Part shown: piece after piece, positions 40,434 through 57,456 of the stretch
Layout: the number at the start of each line of letters is the position of its first letter
Position numbering within the stretch: the first letter of the stretch is position 1
From: Octopus vulgaris
Taxonomy: Eukaryota
Reading direction: 5' to 3'
Length of the DNA stretch: 64,000 nucleotides
Assembly (NCBI GenBank): GCA_951406725.2
Contig: OX597821.1
Coordinates: 8,308,001-8,372,000, forward strand
Notes under the pieces: generated by a model
What the model saw: only the letters and a program-made list of their open reading frames with translations
What the model was told of the DNA's origin: nothing
Database searches by the model: none
Made by a program: the position numbers and the translations under genes

Positions 40434-40539
40434 CACCAGCTGTGATGGAGTGAGCATTACTGATTAATTTTCAGTGGGACTGAACCCGGAACCATGTGGT
40501 TGGTAAGCAAGATACTCACCACACAATATTCCCCATTGC

Positions 40540-41713
40540 AGTAATTTAGCATAAAGTCTCCATTGATGGTGTGGCTCTGTTTAAGATAGTCAATAAGCAC
40601 AATGCCTTTTACACCCCACCAAAAACTGGGGCCATCAATTTCCATGCAGATGAAATTACTTTACCCTTCTTTGGGGTGGGTAAAGAGAGGTGTTTTCACT
40701 GCATGTGCTGTCTCTTTGTCACTAGTTCAAAGTGATGAACCTAACGTTCATTCTGGGTAAGGAAACGTTCAAGGAAACCAACTGGAGCAGCCTGAAACAG
40801 TGTCAGATTCCTCCATATGGTCAGTCTGGTGAGCTTTTGATCAGAAGATGTAGCATCCACCGATCAGAAACGTTCGTCATGCCAAGTTTATCTTTATATA
40901 TAAAAGTAAGGTTGTGTGTCTGTCTCCTACGATTTAGATTCCTAACTACTCCCACATTTTGCGGTGCAGTGTAACCAAAAGTGGGTATCTTATAGTCGTG
41001 ATTCATATCGAGCCCTTCTGAGTATTAGCGCGCGTCTACGATGAGTCTACGATTTAAAAAAAATTTACCATAATTTTTTTCCGTTTTAATGCATTTTTTC
41101 GTTATTATATAAGGGAAGTAACTCTCTAAAAATGTCTACGATGAGTCAACGATTAAAAAAAAAAATTACCATAATTTTTTTCTATTTTTAATGCATTTAT
41201 TTGCTATTTTTTGGCTATAACTCTCTAAAAATGCTTATATAGTTATTTCCCTTACAAACCCGAGCAACGCCGGGCGATACTGCTAGTTGTGTATAATATT
41301 TTCAACTTTCTCATAGGATGTGTGATTTAAAGTCAATCGCCGATCATCCATCAGTATGCAGGGAATACGGTAATTGTCTTCCTCAGGGAAGGAGGTTGCA
41401 GGATGTCTAGACCTTGGATCATCTTCAAGACTCTCCCTTCTTCTAAATGCAACTGCTCGTTTTTGCACTGTTGATAAAACTGGAGCATTATCTCCCAATA
41501 AAGCAACCGTGTCAGCATGAGCGTCCTTGCATTTTAAACCCTTTTCCTGCAGGTAATTGTAGTATCACGATGCCAAATTTTATCCATTTGAAATCTTCTT
41601 TAAATAGTCAGATGTCAGTTTACTCGGAAAGCAACAAAGCAGTTATTTATACATGCAGCGCTAGCATCACTCCTTTGTAATCATCCTATGAATTTTTCAG
41701 CCCATCCGAATAT
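40540..41713 (-). mobile_element. Decayed mariner, split by a Helitron
   Basis: RESLEDDPRS, IHN|KLGMTNVSDRWMLHLL (compare VSARWVPRLL), FWWGVKGIVLIDYL. Confidence 0.8.
40891..41286 (+). mobile_element. Non-autonomous Helitron
   Basis: A|TC 5' end, 3' hairpin CCCGAGCAACGCCGGG, CTAG|T end. Removing it restores the mariner reading frame with no TSD. Confidence 0.9.
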
Positions 41714-41848
41714 AACTCAAAGCATATATACCGACGTGCACAATGACATACATTCTTGTATGTATACGTATGTATGCAGACATAGAAAAATATTAAGATG
41801 CATACATAAACCACTACACATACATACATACATACATACATACATACA

Positions 41849-41884
<36 letters not shown>

Positions 41885-41966
41885 TAGAGAGAGAGAGAGA
41901 GGGAGAGAGAGATATATATATAGATATAGATAAATTCACAACTATCTATCTATCTGTCTGTCTGTC

Positions 41967-42024
<58 letters not shown>

Positions 42025-42059
42025 ATGTATGTATATTATGTATGTATGTATGTATATAT

Positions 42060-42142
<83 letters not shown>

Positions 42143-42399
42143 TATATACATAATATACATACATTATAGACACACACACATCATCAATAATAATAATGAG
42201 GATTATTTCGAAGCTGCATTGCATTACCTTTAATTTAATGTGACTTGCTTTTAGAAGAATTTTACCAGATTTTACATCTAGGGGTAGTATAATTAATTCT
42301 AAACAGGAGCAAGCTTTGAGATGCTAGTACATGAGGAAATTCACATTTGCCCTGTATAAATGAATAATAAGCATTTAAACAGCAGAATGTTTTGAAATG

Positions 42400-43917
42400 T
42401 TAGTTAGTTAGTTAATTTTTTGGCTCAGAAAGCAAATAGCAAGGCCATATAGGGGGACATGGAGTTATGTACAGGGTGGTGTTCATGTAAAGAGTTCAGG
42501 CCACTTGTGGTAAAGGGAGACTTTGAACCGAGCGGTCGTCGGCATCTTCACTATCTCGTCCGGCAGCTTATTCCACGGATCCGCAACCCGGACGGAGAAA
42601 GCCCCTCTCCTTCGATTGAGATGAAATCGTCGCAGATAGAGCTTTTGGAGTGACCCCGCAGCCGATGCTCTGGAGCAGGAGTGAAGAACAGCTCTTTCGA
42701 GAGGTTACACTTTCCGCTTATGATGTTGTGAGCAAGAATGAGATCACCACGGCGTCGTCGTTTTTCTAGAGAATGAAGGTCGAGCGTCTTCAGCCTTTCT
42801 TCATAAGACAAATTCTTGAGACCAAGAACCATGCGGGTAGCCAGCTTCTGGACTCTTTCGAGATGCTGTATGTCTTTGAGGAGATAAGGAGAAGAGGCTT
42901 GAATCCCGTACTCCAATATGGGTCTTACCAGCGTGACATAGAGCGATAGGAATATGGCTGCTGTGAGCATTCCGAATGACCGTCGAATCAAGAACAGTAC
43001 TCCGCGTGCTATGTTGGCAGCATGGACGCACTGGGCCGAAGCCGAAAAGGAGGAATCCACCAAGATACCCAGGTCCTTTACCTGATCGGTCCTCTCCAGC
43101 AGCAGCAGACGACCCGGCTCGAAATCAAGTTGAGTTGCAGGAGGAGAGCCAACAGGCAGACGAAAGCACTTTGACACGTTCAGACACAGGTCCCATTCGT
43201 TAGACCATCTCCAAATTTGGCGGAGACATCGACGAAGATCCTCTATATCACCGCGAGGAGCCGCCAGTTTGACATCGTCGGCAAATAGAAGAGTGTGTTG
43301 CGTGAGGTCGTCGGGCAAGTCATTTATGAAGACTAAGAACAATAAGAGCCTAAGCACTGAACCTTGAGGCACGCCACTGCTCGCACTGGAGACATCGGAC
43401 AGCGAACCATTAACTTGGACTTGGAAGGAGCGATCTGAGAGGAAGGCACCAACCCATCGTACAATATCCGGATGGAAACTATATGCTTGAAGCTTGACAA
43501 GTAATAGGCGGTGGTTTACCGAGTCAAAAGCTTTGGCAAAGTCCAATAAAACGATGTCAATAGCATCACCATCATCGAGGATGCGCGTCACCAATTCTTC
43601 CATTACCAGTAAGTTGGTCAAGCATGATCTCTTCGGCATGAAGCCGTGTTGGGAATCAGAGATAGAGGCTGTGTTTTGGAGGTGGAGCATCATACTTTTC
43701 TTAAGGATGGTTTCGAACATCTTGCTGATTATTGAAGTAAGGGAAACCGGTCGGTAGTTAAGCGGGTCTTCGCGGCTCCCTTTCTTGAAAATTGGGCAGA
43801 TCATCGCTGTTCTCCAGTCCGCAGGTATAACACCCGTCGCCAATGACATATTGAATAGACATGTTAAAGGCTCGCAGATGACCGGAGCCAACGCTTTGAT
43901 AACCCGTGGGTGTATGC
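42400..43917 (-). mobile_element. CR1-clade LINE, 5'-truncated (RT 42551-43891)
   Basis: NYRPVSLTS, QHGF, LDFAKAFDSV, SGVPQGS, LFADD; (AACT)n tail. Confidence 0.93.
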
Positions 43918-44275
43918 TTTGATAACTAATGGACTATAAGTGATTATCCAATCAAAGTTTGAATTGAAGATTGTTCGCATCAAACATAAGGAACAACTCT
44001 ATATCATACAATGCATAGTCGATAAATGAACAAATTTAAACAATTAAATTGAAGGATATTAAGTAAAGACCCTGAAGAAACTGCACCAGTATCATAGTAT
44101 GGTTGGAATTGCAACGGTTACTAATCGGTGTAGTTGAAACCTGTGTAGGCTTATGTAAATCTGTATATTTATAAAAAGATTTAAAAGTAATACTATGCAA
44201 CTTCGTAATAATCCTTATTATTATTATTATTACTATTATTATTATTATTATTATTATTATTGAGTGAGAGAGCAA

Positions 44276-44878
44276 GTGTAAGAAACTAACATCCTCAATT
44301 GTGATAAATTTTTTACACTAAATGTTTGAGAGATTTGGCAGCCCAGACGCGATAGTGTCTGACAATGGAACGCAATTTGTGTCTGTTGAATTTAAAAAGT
44401 TTTGCGAAACGTTCGCAGCAGAACATATAACTACTGCGCCATAACATCCCAGATCTAACGGACAGGCAGAACGCTTTGTTGATACCTTAGAGAGAACCCT
44501 AAGTACATCAAATAAGGAAGTCACGGGTGAGGTAGCTTTACAACAATTTTTATGAGTGTACCGTGTTACACCAAATCCGAATTCACCAGCAAGTAGCTCA
44601 CCAGCGGAGCTGATGTTCGCAAGTAAAGGAAAATCAGTCTTTGGCAAGAAAAAGGAAAATGCCAGGGAAGACATAGCAAGATTCTTTAAAGTTGGTGAAA
44701 AAGTGTATATGAGGACATACAAGGATGGAAAGCAGAGCTGGAGAGATGGCGTAATTACCAAATGAACAGGTAAAATAAAGTATTGGGTAAGAAGTAGAAA
44801 AGGCATACAAAAGAGACACAGGAACCAACTGAAAAAGAGATTCGTGGAAAGCGAACCAAAGAAGTTGGAGGAACAACA
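44276..44878 (+). mobile_element. Ty3/Gypsy integrase fragment (pseudogene)
   Basis: FGSPDAIVSDNGTQF..HPRSNGQAERFVDTL..YRVTPN..SPAELMF, with in-frame stops. Confidence 0.88.
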
Positions 44879-46808
44879 CACACACACACATACATAAAAT
44901 TTACATCAACAAACCACTGAATGAAAGAATAATTATGATTGGATTCTATTAAAAACGTACCAGCTTGATATCATAAGTGGCCAATTAACTTGCTAAAGAC
45001 ATAAACTAGTTCCGAACTTTGGGACCTTGAATGCCCTGTTGTAGTGTAATTACTATTCGTCAACAGATGGGAATAAAAGAAATTGATTGAAATGAGAAAA
45101 CACAATCAGAAATGGGTAAACCTGAAAAATATATCAATCGATGCAACTGGACAATTGGATACTATCATTAAATGTAAACTGTATAATTAATTCATGAAAC
45201 ACCAGCTGCAACTTAATGATAAATTATCCGAGGCCTACGATAGCTACGCACAAGTGACACTCACAGGTAAGCTAAATGTCCTTAAATATGAATTTCTAGT
45301 GTGAAGCGAAAAGTTTTGAAGTCGCAAGAAATTACAAGTACATAGGACAAACAAACAGCAATGTGGTTAGATGAGCAAATATTTCTCCCAAAACATATAT
45401 AACGAAGATGATTAATGAGGGAAATGTGGAAGTTGATATACGACTTGAAATGAAAATGAACTGGCAAGCAACGATTTATTCTCCGTTATAAAAAAACAAT
45501 GATTGCCATACATGAAATAAAATAACATAACAGGTTACAACAAAGCTGTGTGAGAGAACTTCGTGGTTGGGCTGGACTGTTGATCTTGTAGACAAAGTCG
45601 ATGTGCTGTTTGGTGGTGTGTAGAGGCAGCCGTTGGTCTGTTGGTCGAGTGGTCTACATACAGTTTGGTGGAAATGAAAGCGGAGACTGGCTGGTATCAG
45701 ATACATCGTTGCCGGAAACGAGTTGCGTGTGGTCAGTGGTATGTGCCAAAGGCCTAAAGCAGTCGAGAACTTTCGTCTTTATAGAGAATAGTAGGCCCCC
45801 AGGAGCTGGTGATTACTAACACGATTGCACAGCTGGAAACCGACTAATACAAACAACAGGTTCGTTTAATCACGAGATCATGTTACTTGCTGGAACGAAA
45901 AGGCTTGTGGAGCCGACATTCGGGTATTTAAGCCAAGATAGCCCATAACGAAAACATCTCTTACATTATGACAGTGTAAATCACTTCTGCTGCACATATA
46001 TCACCAATGGAACTCTCCTGACTATTCTTACAGAATTATCGAATGCAGAAACCAGCCGGTCTGTTATTGGTAAAGAAAGCTCATGTCCTATAAAGTAGCC
46101 TTCGTCAACTTGTTCAAAAGAACTAAGAACACTGAACTCGAAATACTGTATTAGCTAATAGCTACAAGTACAACTCTTGTGCCTAAGAACCGAAAGAGAC
46201 ATATGACTAAAACCTACATAACGTGCCTAAATGTTATTTATAAGCCGTACGCAGGTTACATGAATGCATTTCTCCTGAACCACTGCGAATCAAAGAACAC
46301 GGTGACTGACAAGAAGACAGGGGGTAAGAAAGAAATTGAGGACTCTGACAAGTGTTTCCGCATCAACAAACCTCGAATGTATTTCTCCTGGACCATTGCG
46401 AATCAAACAATACGGTGACAGACAGGAAGGCATGACGAAAGAAAGAATTCTGCCCGCCTATCCAATAGGTTGACGTAATTTGAAGGTTACAACAATACGA
46501 AGAAGAGCATTGTAAAAAGCGATGTATAATCATATCCGATAGTCTGGTTGATACAGTGATACAGTAATGTGTGCATATGTGTGTGCACACACACACTCAC
46601 ACACACATATATATATATTGTTAGAGTACCGAATGCTGTGTTATTTACCCTAAGAGTATCTCTCGTAAGGATGCATGGTGCATAACGTCCATACAAGACA
46701 TCCTCTCAAGGTAAATAACGCAGTATTCAATTAAGTTGAATATAAAGATTGCGTTTTGGTATTGATACTGCTTCTGTCGCTAATACCTATCACACACACA
46801 TGTGTGTA

Positions 46809-46847
<39 letters not shown>

Positions 46848-46869
46848 ATATATACATATATATATTTTT

Positions 46870-48070
46870 CTGTAGCTTCAGCTCAATGGTGCGGCCATGC
46901 TGGTGCACCGCCGTTCTGCTACATTGTTATTACTGAGAGCTTCTTCCAATATGTGGCACTTAGTGAAGAATGGAGTTTAATGTAGCTATTCTCATATTCA
47001 CCTTTTGTCGTGAGGTAGGTTCATCTGGGACTCTCGACAGGAAGAGATTCAGCTTTGATTTAAAAACGCCTACATCTACTTTGTGCAGGTTCCTCAGGCT
47101 CTTTGAGAGAATATTAAAAAGCTGTGGGCTCCTGAAACCCAGGCTGTTGCAGTAACTGCTCCTGAAGTGCGATGGCATTGCTGGGATCTTTGGCACTATG
47201 CAGTGTCGTCCCGTTCTGGCATTGATGTAGCTTTCAATGCCAAAATTTGGCACAATACCTTCCAGAATCTTCCAGATGTATATTACTGCTCACCACTCCT
47301 GTTTTCTCTCCAGGGAGTAGAGTATTAGCTGTTTCAGCCTTTCCCAGTAGGTGAGCAGTTGCAAAGAGACAATCTTCTTTGTGAATCTTTTCTGGATTGC
47401 TTCAAGGTCCGCTGTTAATTTCACACTGTTGCGTGACCATAGCTGGGAGCAGTAATCCAGGCGGCTGAGGACGAATGTCCTCCAGAGGACCATCATGGTT
47501 TCCTCATCTCTGGTTCTGAATGTTCAGAGGATCCATCCAACCATCCTGGTAATATGCACTTGGAAAGAGGTATCATCACTCATGTCGATACCCAGGTCCC
47601 TCACTGATTGAGGCTCTGGTATTGAAATTCCCTGTGGACCAGTGTATCCTGTAAGTTTCATATGCAGTTTTAGACGCTGGTAGCGCAGGGCTTGGAATTT
47701 TTCGGCATTAAATTGCATATTATTATCCTCAGCCCATCTGTAAATTGAGTCCAACTCCTGCTGCAGATGTGCAACATCGCTGGGGATCTGTATTTTCCGA
47801 GAGACTTTCGTATCGTCTGCGTAGCTTGTGAAGGTAGCTATCCGGGCACTTGAGGGCATATTTGAGAGGGCCACTATAAAAAGCAGTGGTCCCAAGACAA
47901 TGCCCTGTGGAACACCGTTCACTATTTGTGTTTTCATAGAGGTGGCTCCATTAGCCACTACTGCCTGACTTCTATCTTTCAGAAAGTCATGTTACCACTC
48001 TCCAAGTTTTCCAGCTATGCCGAGATCACGCAGTTTGTGGCATATCATACCATGAACCACTTTGTCAAAA
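46870..48070 (-). mobile_element. CR1-group LINE, truncated, same family as 58100-62770
   Basis: GVPQGIVLGP, SYADDTK, LDYCSQLW; same 3' tail motif. Confidence 0.9.
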
Positions 48071-48080
48071 ATTGTGAATA

Positions 48081-48957
48081 ACCACCTTAAAAATATACTA
48101 GCTGAACCCGTAAAAAATTCACGGAAAGCATAAAAAATGTCTCAGTAAATTGTGTGCTGGTGCCATGAGAAATGTTTCTATATTGTGACAGTTACAGAAT
48201 ATAGAAAGACGTGTAAAACTGATAACTATATAATCCAACCAGAATATCTCAGTTACGCAAACGTAAACAGAATTACTATTTATCTTTAAGATACATCGTA
48301 TATATTCATAGAACCTTTTTGGTTTAGTGGTACGGAACGTTCTGCTGGTATTCTTGTACTTGTTTCAGTTATTTGTCGGTGTCCATACTGGAGCACCATC
48401 CTTTAGTCGAAGTGGGTTACAGCAAGGTGAAGTAGAGCACCTTGCTCAAGAGCACAGTGCACCGCAGGGAATCGTACTCATAACTTTATGATCGTGGGCC
48501 GAATACCCCTAGCCACTGAGCCACACACCGATGTTGGTGTGTTTGCATTCTCTAACGTAGCTGTTCGACAGAAGACTCTGATAGAATAAGCACCAGGCTT
48601 ATAGGGAATAAGTCCGGGGTTCGATTTCTTCGACTAAAGAGTGGTGCTCCAGTATGGACACCGTCAAATGACTGAAACAAATAAAAGAATCCCAGATGAA
48701 CGTTCCGCACCACTAAACCAAGAAGGTTCTTTGAATATGTACGATGTATTTTAAGGCTAAATAGTAATTCTATTTACGTTTGCGTAACTAAGATGTTTTG
48801 GTTGGATTATAAAGATATCGGTTTTACCCTTCTTTCTATATTCTGCAACTGTCACAATATAGAAACATTTCTCATGGCACCAGCACAATTTACAGATACA
48901 TTTTTTATGCTTTCCGTGAATTTTTCATGGGTCCAACTAGTATGTTATTAAGGTGGT
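48081..48957. repeat. ~330-bp inverted duplication whose arms include a SINE 3' end; spacer made of SINE fragments
   Basis: 48081-48412 is the reverse complement of 48628-48957. Confidence 0.92.
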
Positions 48958-49485
48958 TATTTGTATTTTTCAACAGAAACGAAACAAGTATAATCGCTTT
49001 GGATTCGTCTGTCTTGGATTTGTCTTCTGGGTAGATTTTTTGTGGTTAATTTGTTTGCACTATTTTGCATTGTTTGATTTTGTTCTGGGCATGGTGTTCT
49101 TGTATTTGTATATTAAAGTAGTTCATCTTTGTGTGAAGTTTGTGTGCTATGTGTATTCATGTTTAGGAAAGGGGCTATTCTGGTAGGGTTACCCTCGTTT
49201 ATAGGGATCTTCTTTGAAATATTTGAGTGTAAAATATTGCTTGTGTATGCAGAGCGAGAAGGATACATCCTTCATGTTTAAAATGTTATCTCTTGACTGT
49301 ATAATGTTCAATTTTTCAGTAATGTAGAGTTCACATCTGGTACCCCGTCCTGTGTATCTTTCAGTTTTGGCAATTCTTTTCCATTCTATCTCGGAGTTGC
49401 TTATTCTACCTTCTTTCAATGACCATGTCATATTTAATAGGGATGTCGCATGTTTTGTCTTTGTTTTTGTCTCAGAATGACGCGA
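48958..49485 (-). mobile_element. Naiad-type PLE GIY-YIG C-terminal remnant
   Basis: WSLKE..IEWKRI..RYTG..CELYITEKLNII..ILN..CIHK. Confidence 0.65.
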
Positions 49486-49584
49486 GATGTGTATAACTTT
49501 CCTTGAATTGTTTTTGCCTTATTTGTGTGTGTATGTGTGTGTGTGTCACAGAAAAATGCGGACGATATATTTCAACAATACTTT

Positions 49585-49781
49585 TTTACTCTTTTACTTG
49601 TTTCACTCATTTGGCTGCGACTATGCTGGAGCACCGCCTTTAGCCGAGCAAATCGACCCCAGGAATTATTCTTTGTAAGCCTAGTACTTATTCTATGGAT
49701 CTCTTTTGCCGAACCGCTAAGTTACGGGGACGTAAATACACCAGCATTGGTTATCAAGCGATGTTGAGGGAACAAACACGG

Positions 49782-49862
<81 letters not shown>

Positions 49863-50008
49863 GGGCTCCGTCAGTGGGAAGTGTGCCACTGACGGATCAG
49901 TGTGAGGTCCCTTCCTGTGAAGAGGAGGTGTTTATACTCCTTTACCACAAGGGAGGGACGGTGAAAAAATTTTATATATATATAAAAATGTATATATATA
50001 TATATACA

Positions 50009-50092
<84 letters not shown>

Positions 50093-51474
50093 CGACGGGC
50101 TTCTTTTCAGTTTCCGTCTACCAAATCCACTCACAAGGCTTTGGTCGGCCCGAGGCTATAGTAGAAGACACTTGCCCAAGGTGCGACGCAATGGGACTGA
50201 ACCCGTTACTACCTCCGCAGCCACCTGCGGAGGCCATAACGGACTACTTGAGCAGACCGTGTCCACACGTTCTCGGTCACCCAAGCCGTCCAAAAATTTT
50301 TTCACCGTCCCTCCCTTGTGGTAAAGGAGGATAAACACCCCCTCTTCACAGGAAGGGACCTCACACTGATCCGTCAGTGGCACACTTCTCACTGACGGAG
50401 CCCTATCCGCAGGTGGCACACATCCCACTTGCGGCTCCGTCGGCGTCCTAGGAACATCCGCCGACCGTCCTCTGCTCCTCTTTTTCCTGTTTCTTTTTGA
50501 GGCTGCGGGAGCAGGGGGCTGCGTCGACAGACATCGGGGGTCGCTACCCTCCTCCGCCGCCTGTACATTCTTTGGTGAGCAACCATTGTTGATCACCTTT
50601 CTTTTTCTTTTCGTGGAGGCAACTTTCTCCACGACTTCCACCGTCTCCCCCTCCAATGAAGGGGCGGCGGGCATTTTCTCCTTTTCATGCTGCAGGGCCT
50701 TACCACGGCCCTTGGTACAGTTTTTCCTGATATGGCCAGGCTCCAGACACAGGTGACACTTGGGGCGTCCCTCAAGTATCACCGGGTACCTGTATCCGGC
50801 CAGTTTTAAGAAGTCTGGGAATGTTATATCTCCCACGGCCACCGGGGTCCACAGGGTCAAAGTTGCCTTTGACCCCTCCCAGTCGACCGCAGGAGCAACA
50901 TCCACCCTCAATAGCCTGGGCCCGCTATCCCCCAGGCCTCGCCGGATGGTATCTTCGATCCATCCCGCCTCCGTGCCCGGGGGCAGCCCGCATACCCAGC
51001 TCAGATAAAACAAAATCACTTGCCTCGACAAACTTCTCTGTTTTTGTTCTTTTTTCTTGTAATTGGCCAGAGCCAACACACTCACGTCCACCTTGCAAAA
51101 ACAGTCCCTCCTGCCTTGGTACTCCTTGGTAATCCACAGACACGAAGATAATTTTCGCAAAGAAATTAATTTTTGCGGAGGGGCTACGCCTCCTCGAAAA
51201 CACAATTCTCACTACAAAGTGAGTCTTTATAGACGGCCACAGGCAGGAAAATGTCTGGAGCAGAGTGGAGTCTATTACTCACCAAAAAATATTAAATACA
51301 GGGCAACAAACTCCACTAAGCCCTCAAAAAATACAACAAACACCTACCTGTAGTCGTGCTTCCAAAATGTTCAATTTTCACGTCGCAAAACGTGACTTTC
51401 AAGCTGCATGAAGAATGCGAACTCCTTGGTCAGTGAGGTTAGCAAGCTACTTACCACACAGCCACTCCTGCGCC
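49585..51474 (-). mobile_element. SINE family A broken by two insertions (49862-49970 and 50206-51436)
   Basis: SINE body 49585-50205; head resumes at 51437-51474. Confidence 0.85.
50206..51436 (-). mobile_element. 5' UTR plus gag-like ORF1 of a non-LTR retroelement (Tx1/L1-like), 3' part missing
   Basis: VILEGRPKCHLCLEPGHIRKNC CCHC knuckle preceded by an RRM-like region and followed by a basic low-complexity tail. Confidence 0.7.
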
Positions 51475-51907
51475 TATATAATTGAAAAACATTATCATGA
51501 GGGGCTTGTCTTTTAATCAACTACTGAATGTGGATGTCACCTCTAAAGAAAAAATATAATCAGTAAGTTGGCGGATTAACAGCTGAAGAGAGAACATTTC
51601 TGTAAAAACTTCTTACTAGAATTTTAAATATTTAAGACATAAGAAGATATAGGAAGTTATATAAAAAAAAAAAAACTCTAAAGCCTGATATTTGGAGGCT
51701 AAACATAAGTAACGATCAAATTTCGCCGTCGAAACATGACAAGCTCTTTACAAACGAATCAATACACCCTCTTCTTCTTTCCTTCTCTCTCTCTGTTTTT
51801 TTAATCAATACCTAATATTTTTTTGTTGCTTTGCTTATTTAATTTTTTTCCTTTTTCCCCTTATCTTCTTTTCTTTCTGCCTTGTTTATTTTCTTTCTCC
51901 AAGTTTC

Positions 51908-51961
<54 letters not shown>

Positions 51962-52103
51962 CACTTGCTTTCCTTCTCTCTTTCTAACGTATTTTTCTCT
52001 TTTGCCTTTTTTTCCTTCATGTTCTTTAGTTCTTATTTGTTCTACATATTTTCTTCCCTCAGCCAAGAAACTCCATTCTCACTGAAACAAACCGGACTTC
52101 ACA

Positions 52104-52743
52104 ATGAGAATGACACTAAAACACCTCTTTGTTCTGTGTATAATTAGTACTTCCATAGGGATTTATATTTTAAGTCACATACGATTGTACAAGCTATGCA
52201 GATTACCTGAAAACATGAAAATAAAGCAACGAGTCTATGGCCCATTGAAAATCACCAACGAGGATACATGGAAAGTAAAAACTGCTGCTCAGAAGTTGCT
52301 ACACATGATACTGGAAAGTGATAGCACCTTTTCCTTGTTAGGATTTGATGGACCTTTGGAACGCATGGATTTACTTTGTTGGATGTATCTATCGCAGACG
52401 GCCACAAAACGCGGTTTGAAAGCAAACAGCAGCGATTGTTTGCAACCCCCGCCTGGAAAAGAATGGAAAACGGTACCCAAAAACGTATTCTATATAATTT
52501 ATGGAGCATACAATTTCACGTTTTTGAATTACATGAGTGCGTTCAGCATCCGACGAGTAATACCTGATGCTAATATCTATGTGATTGGTGATCAAAGCCC
52601 GATAGGGTTTTGGTGGAGAAAATTGCTTGAAGACGTACACGGTGTTAAAATTGTGTATAGGACGAGACCACAAAGAATATTTAACCAAACAATAAAAATA
52701 AAGCCACATGCTACCGATGTTATACGACTGCAGATTCTGATAT
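52104..52743 (+). CDS. Glycosyltransferase family 32-like (Gly_transf_sug) type II membrane protein, first coding exon; downstream DxD-bearing exon(s) not found in window
   Basis: Acceptor ttcttccctcAG at 52061-62 and an in-frame upstream TGA before ATG 52104. N-terminal hydrophobic anchor, then VPKNVFYI..FTFLNYMS..GD..P.G.WW..RP..IF..HATDVIRLQIL as in GT32 proteins. Donor t|GTacgt at 52744, just before the expected GGIYxDxD. Confidence 0.8.
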
Positions 52744-53504
52744 GTACGTACATATATTTCTTTAATTCTATGCTTAAATAGTTGTCTTTCATTACTTAAC
52801 GCCCGAATGTCTATATATCTGTCTGTCTGTTATTCCAACATAACTCTGATATAACTAAAAATCCACATGCTTCCGATGTTACATGAATGTAAATTCTGGT
52901 ATGTACGTATATGTATTTCTTTAATTCTATATTTTTATAAATGTCTTCCATTATTTGTTACCTGGCTGTCTATATACCTGTTTGTTATTTCAACATATCT
53001 CTGGTTTTGTATCGCTTTCCCGGTTTTTGTATTCTATACAGAATTGAAGTTATTGACTAGTTTCCAAAGCGAGCGCACTCACACACAAAAAACATGTATA
53101 AATAGTATAAATAATAATATATATATTATATGATAAAATGTGAGCATGAAAAGTAATATTCGTAAGATTATAAACCTGGAAAAATACAGGACAAGTTATT
53201 GCTCCTGGAAAAGTATAGGACAAACTATTACTTCTAGTAAAGTAAAGAATAAGAAACTTTTTACTTAAAATATTGCAGCGAAGAATGTCAGTTCTTCTAA
53301 TTTATCACGTTTTACATTTTTCGCTTTTAAATTCATTGTACAAAACTGTAAGTTTGTCTAATTAGTCACTTTTTTCTGTATAGTAAAGGTAGTAAATTAG
53401 CCAAATTCTACTTAAATAAGTGTAGTGTTATTTGTAAACTATAATGAAAAAATTTTTAATATTCAAATTTTAATTTTAGCTGCAACCACATACAGACTCT
53501 CTCG

Positions 53505-56745
<3,241 letters not shown>

Positions 56746-57284
56746 ATTCGGTTGAAAAATTGCCAACAAACCACCCTTATTATATACTGTATATATTGTG
56801 TAGTATTTCATGATGGAGTATATATATATATATATATATCTTCTCCTCTCACGTGACCGCTGGTCAACCAGCCTTTCGGCTTCTAACCAGCGCCACGAGA
56901 ACATCGTTGTGTTCGTTTGCCGAAAAACGCATTTTTTCCCAAATACGCCAGCTAAACTAAGTTGTACTGTCTACTGTCTATAGTCGTAAGACACCCGCTG
57001 TTTTTGTCCTGTTTTTACTATTATTGTTTTTTGTATTTTATATTCGTGTGGCATCGTCCGTTTTTCTGTCCTTGTTTCGTATACATTCGATCCTATTTCC
57101 AAGAAATCTAATGCTCGTAGTTTAGTTTTTCCTTGGGGCTGGCCGGATCGGAGCGATCTCAAGATTAATCAGCCGAAATTGCGAGGATGATCAGGTTCTT
57201 GACTGAAGATTGAAGGCTTCGTGTTTTTTGTATCGTCTTCTAAATGTTTTACGTTCTTGTCCCAGTTTGTATTTTTCTACATAT

Positions 57285-57317
<33 letters not shown>

Positions 57318-57375
57318 GTATATGTATATATATGTATATGTATATTATATGTATATATGTATATATATGTATATA

Positions 57376-57456
<81 letters not shown>

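Noticed and set aside
44900-46570. Possible LTR or decayed coding region, with a ~58-bp diverged repeat at 46262 and 46375
   Set aside because: No recognisable motif or termini; cannot classify from sequence alone.
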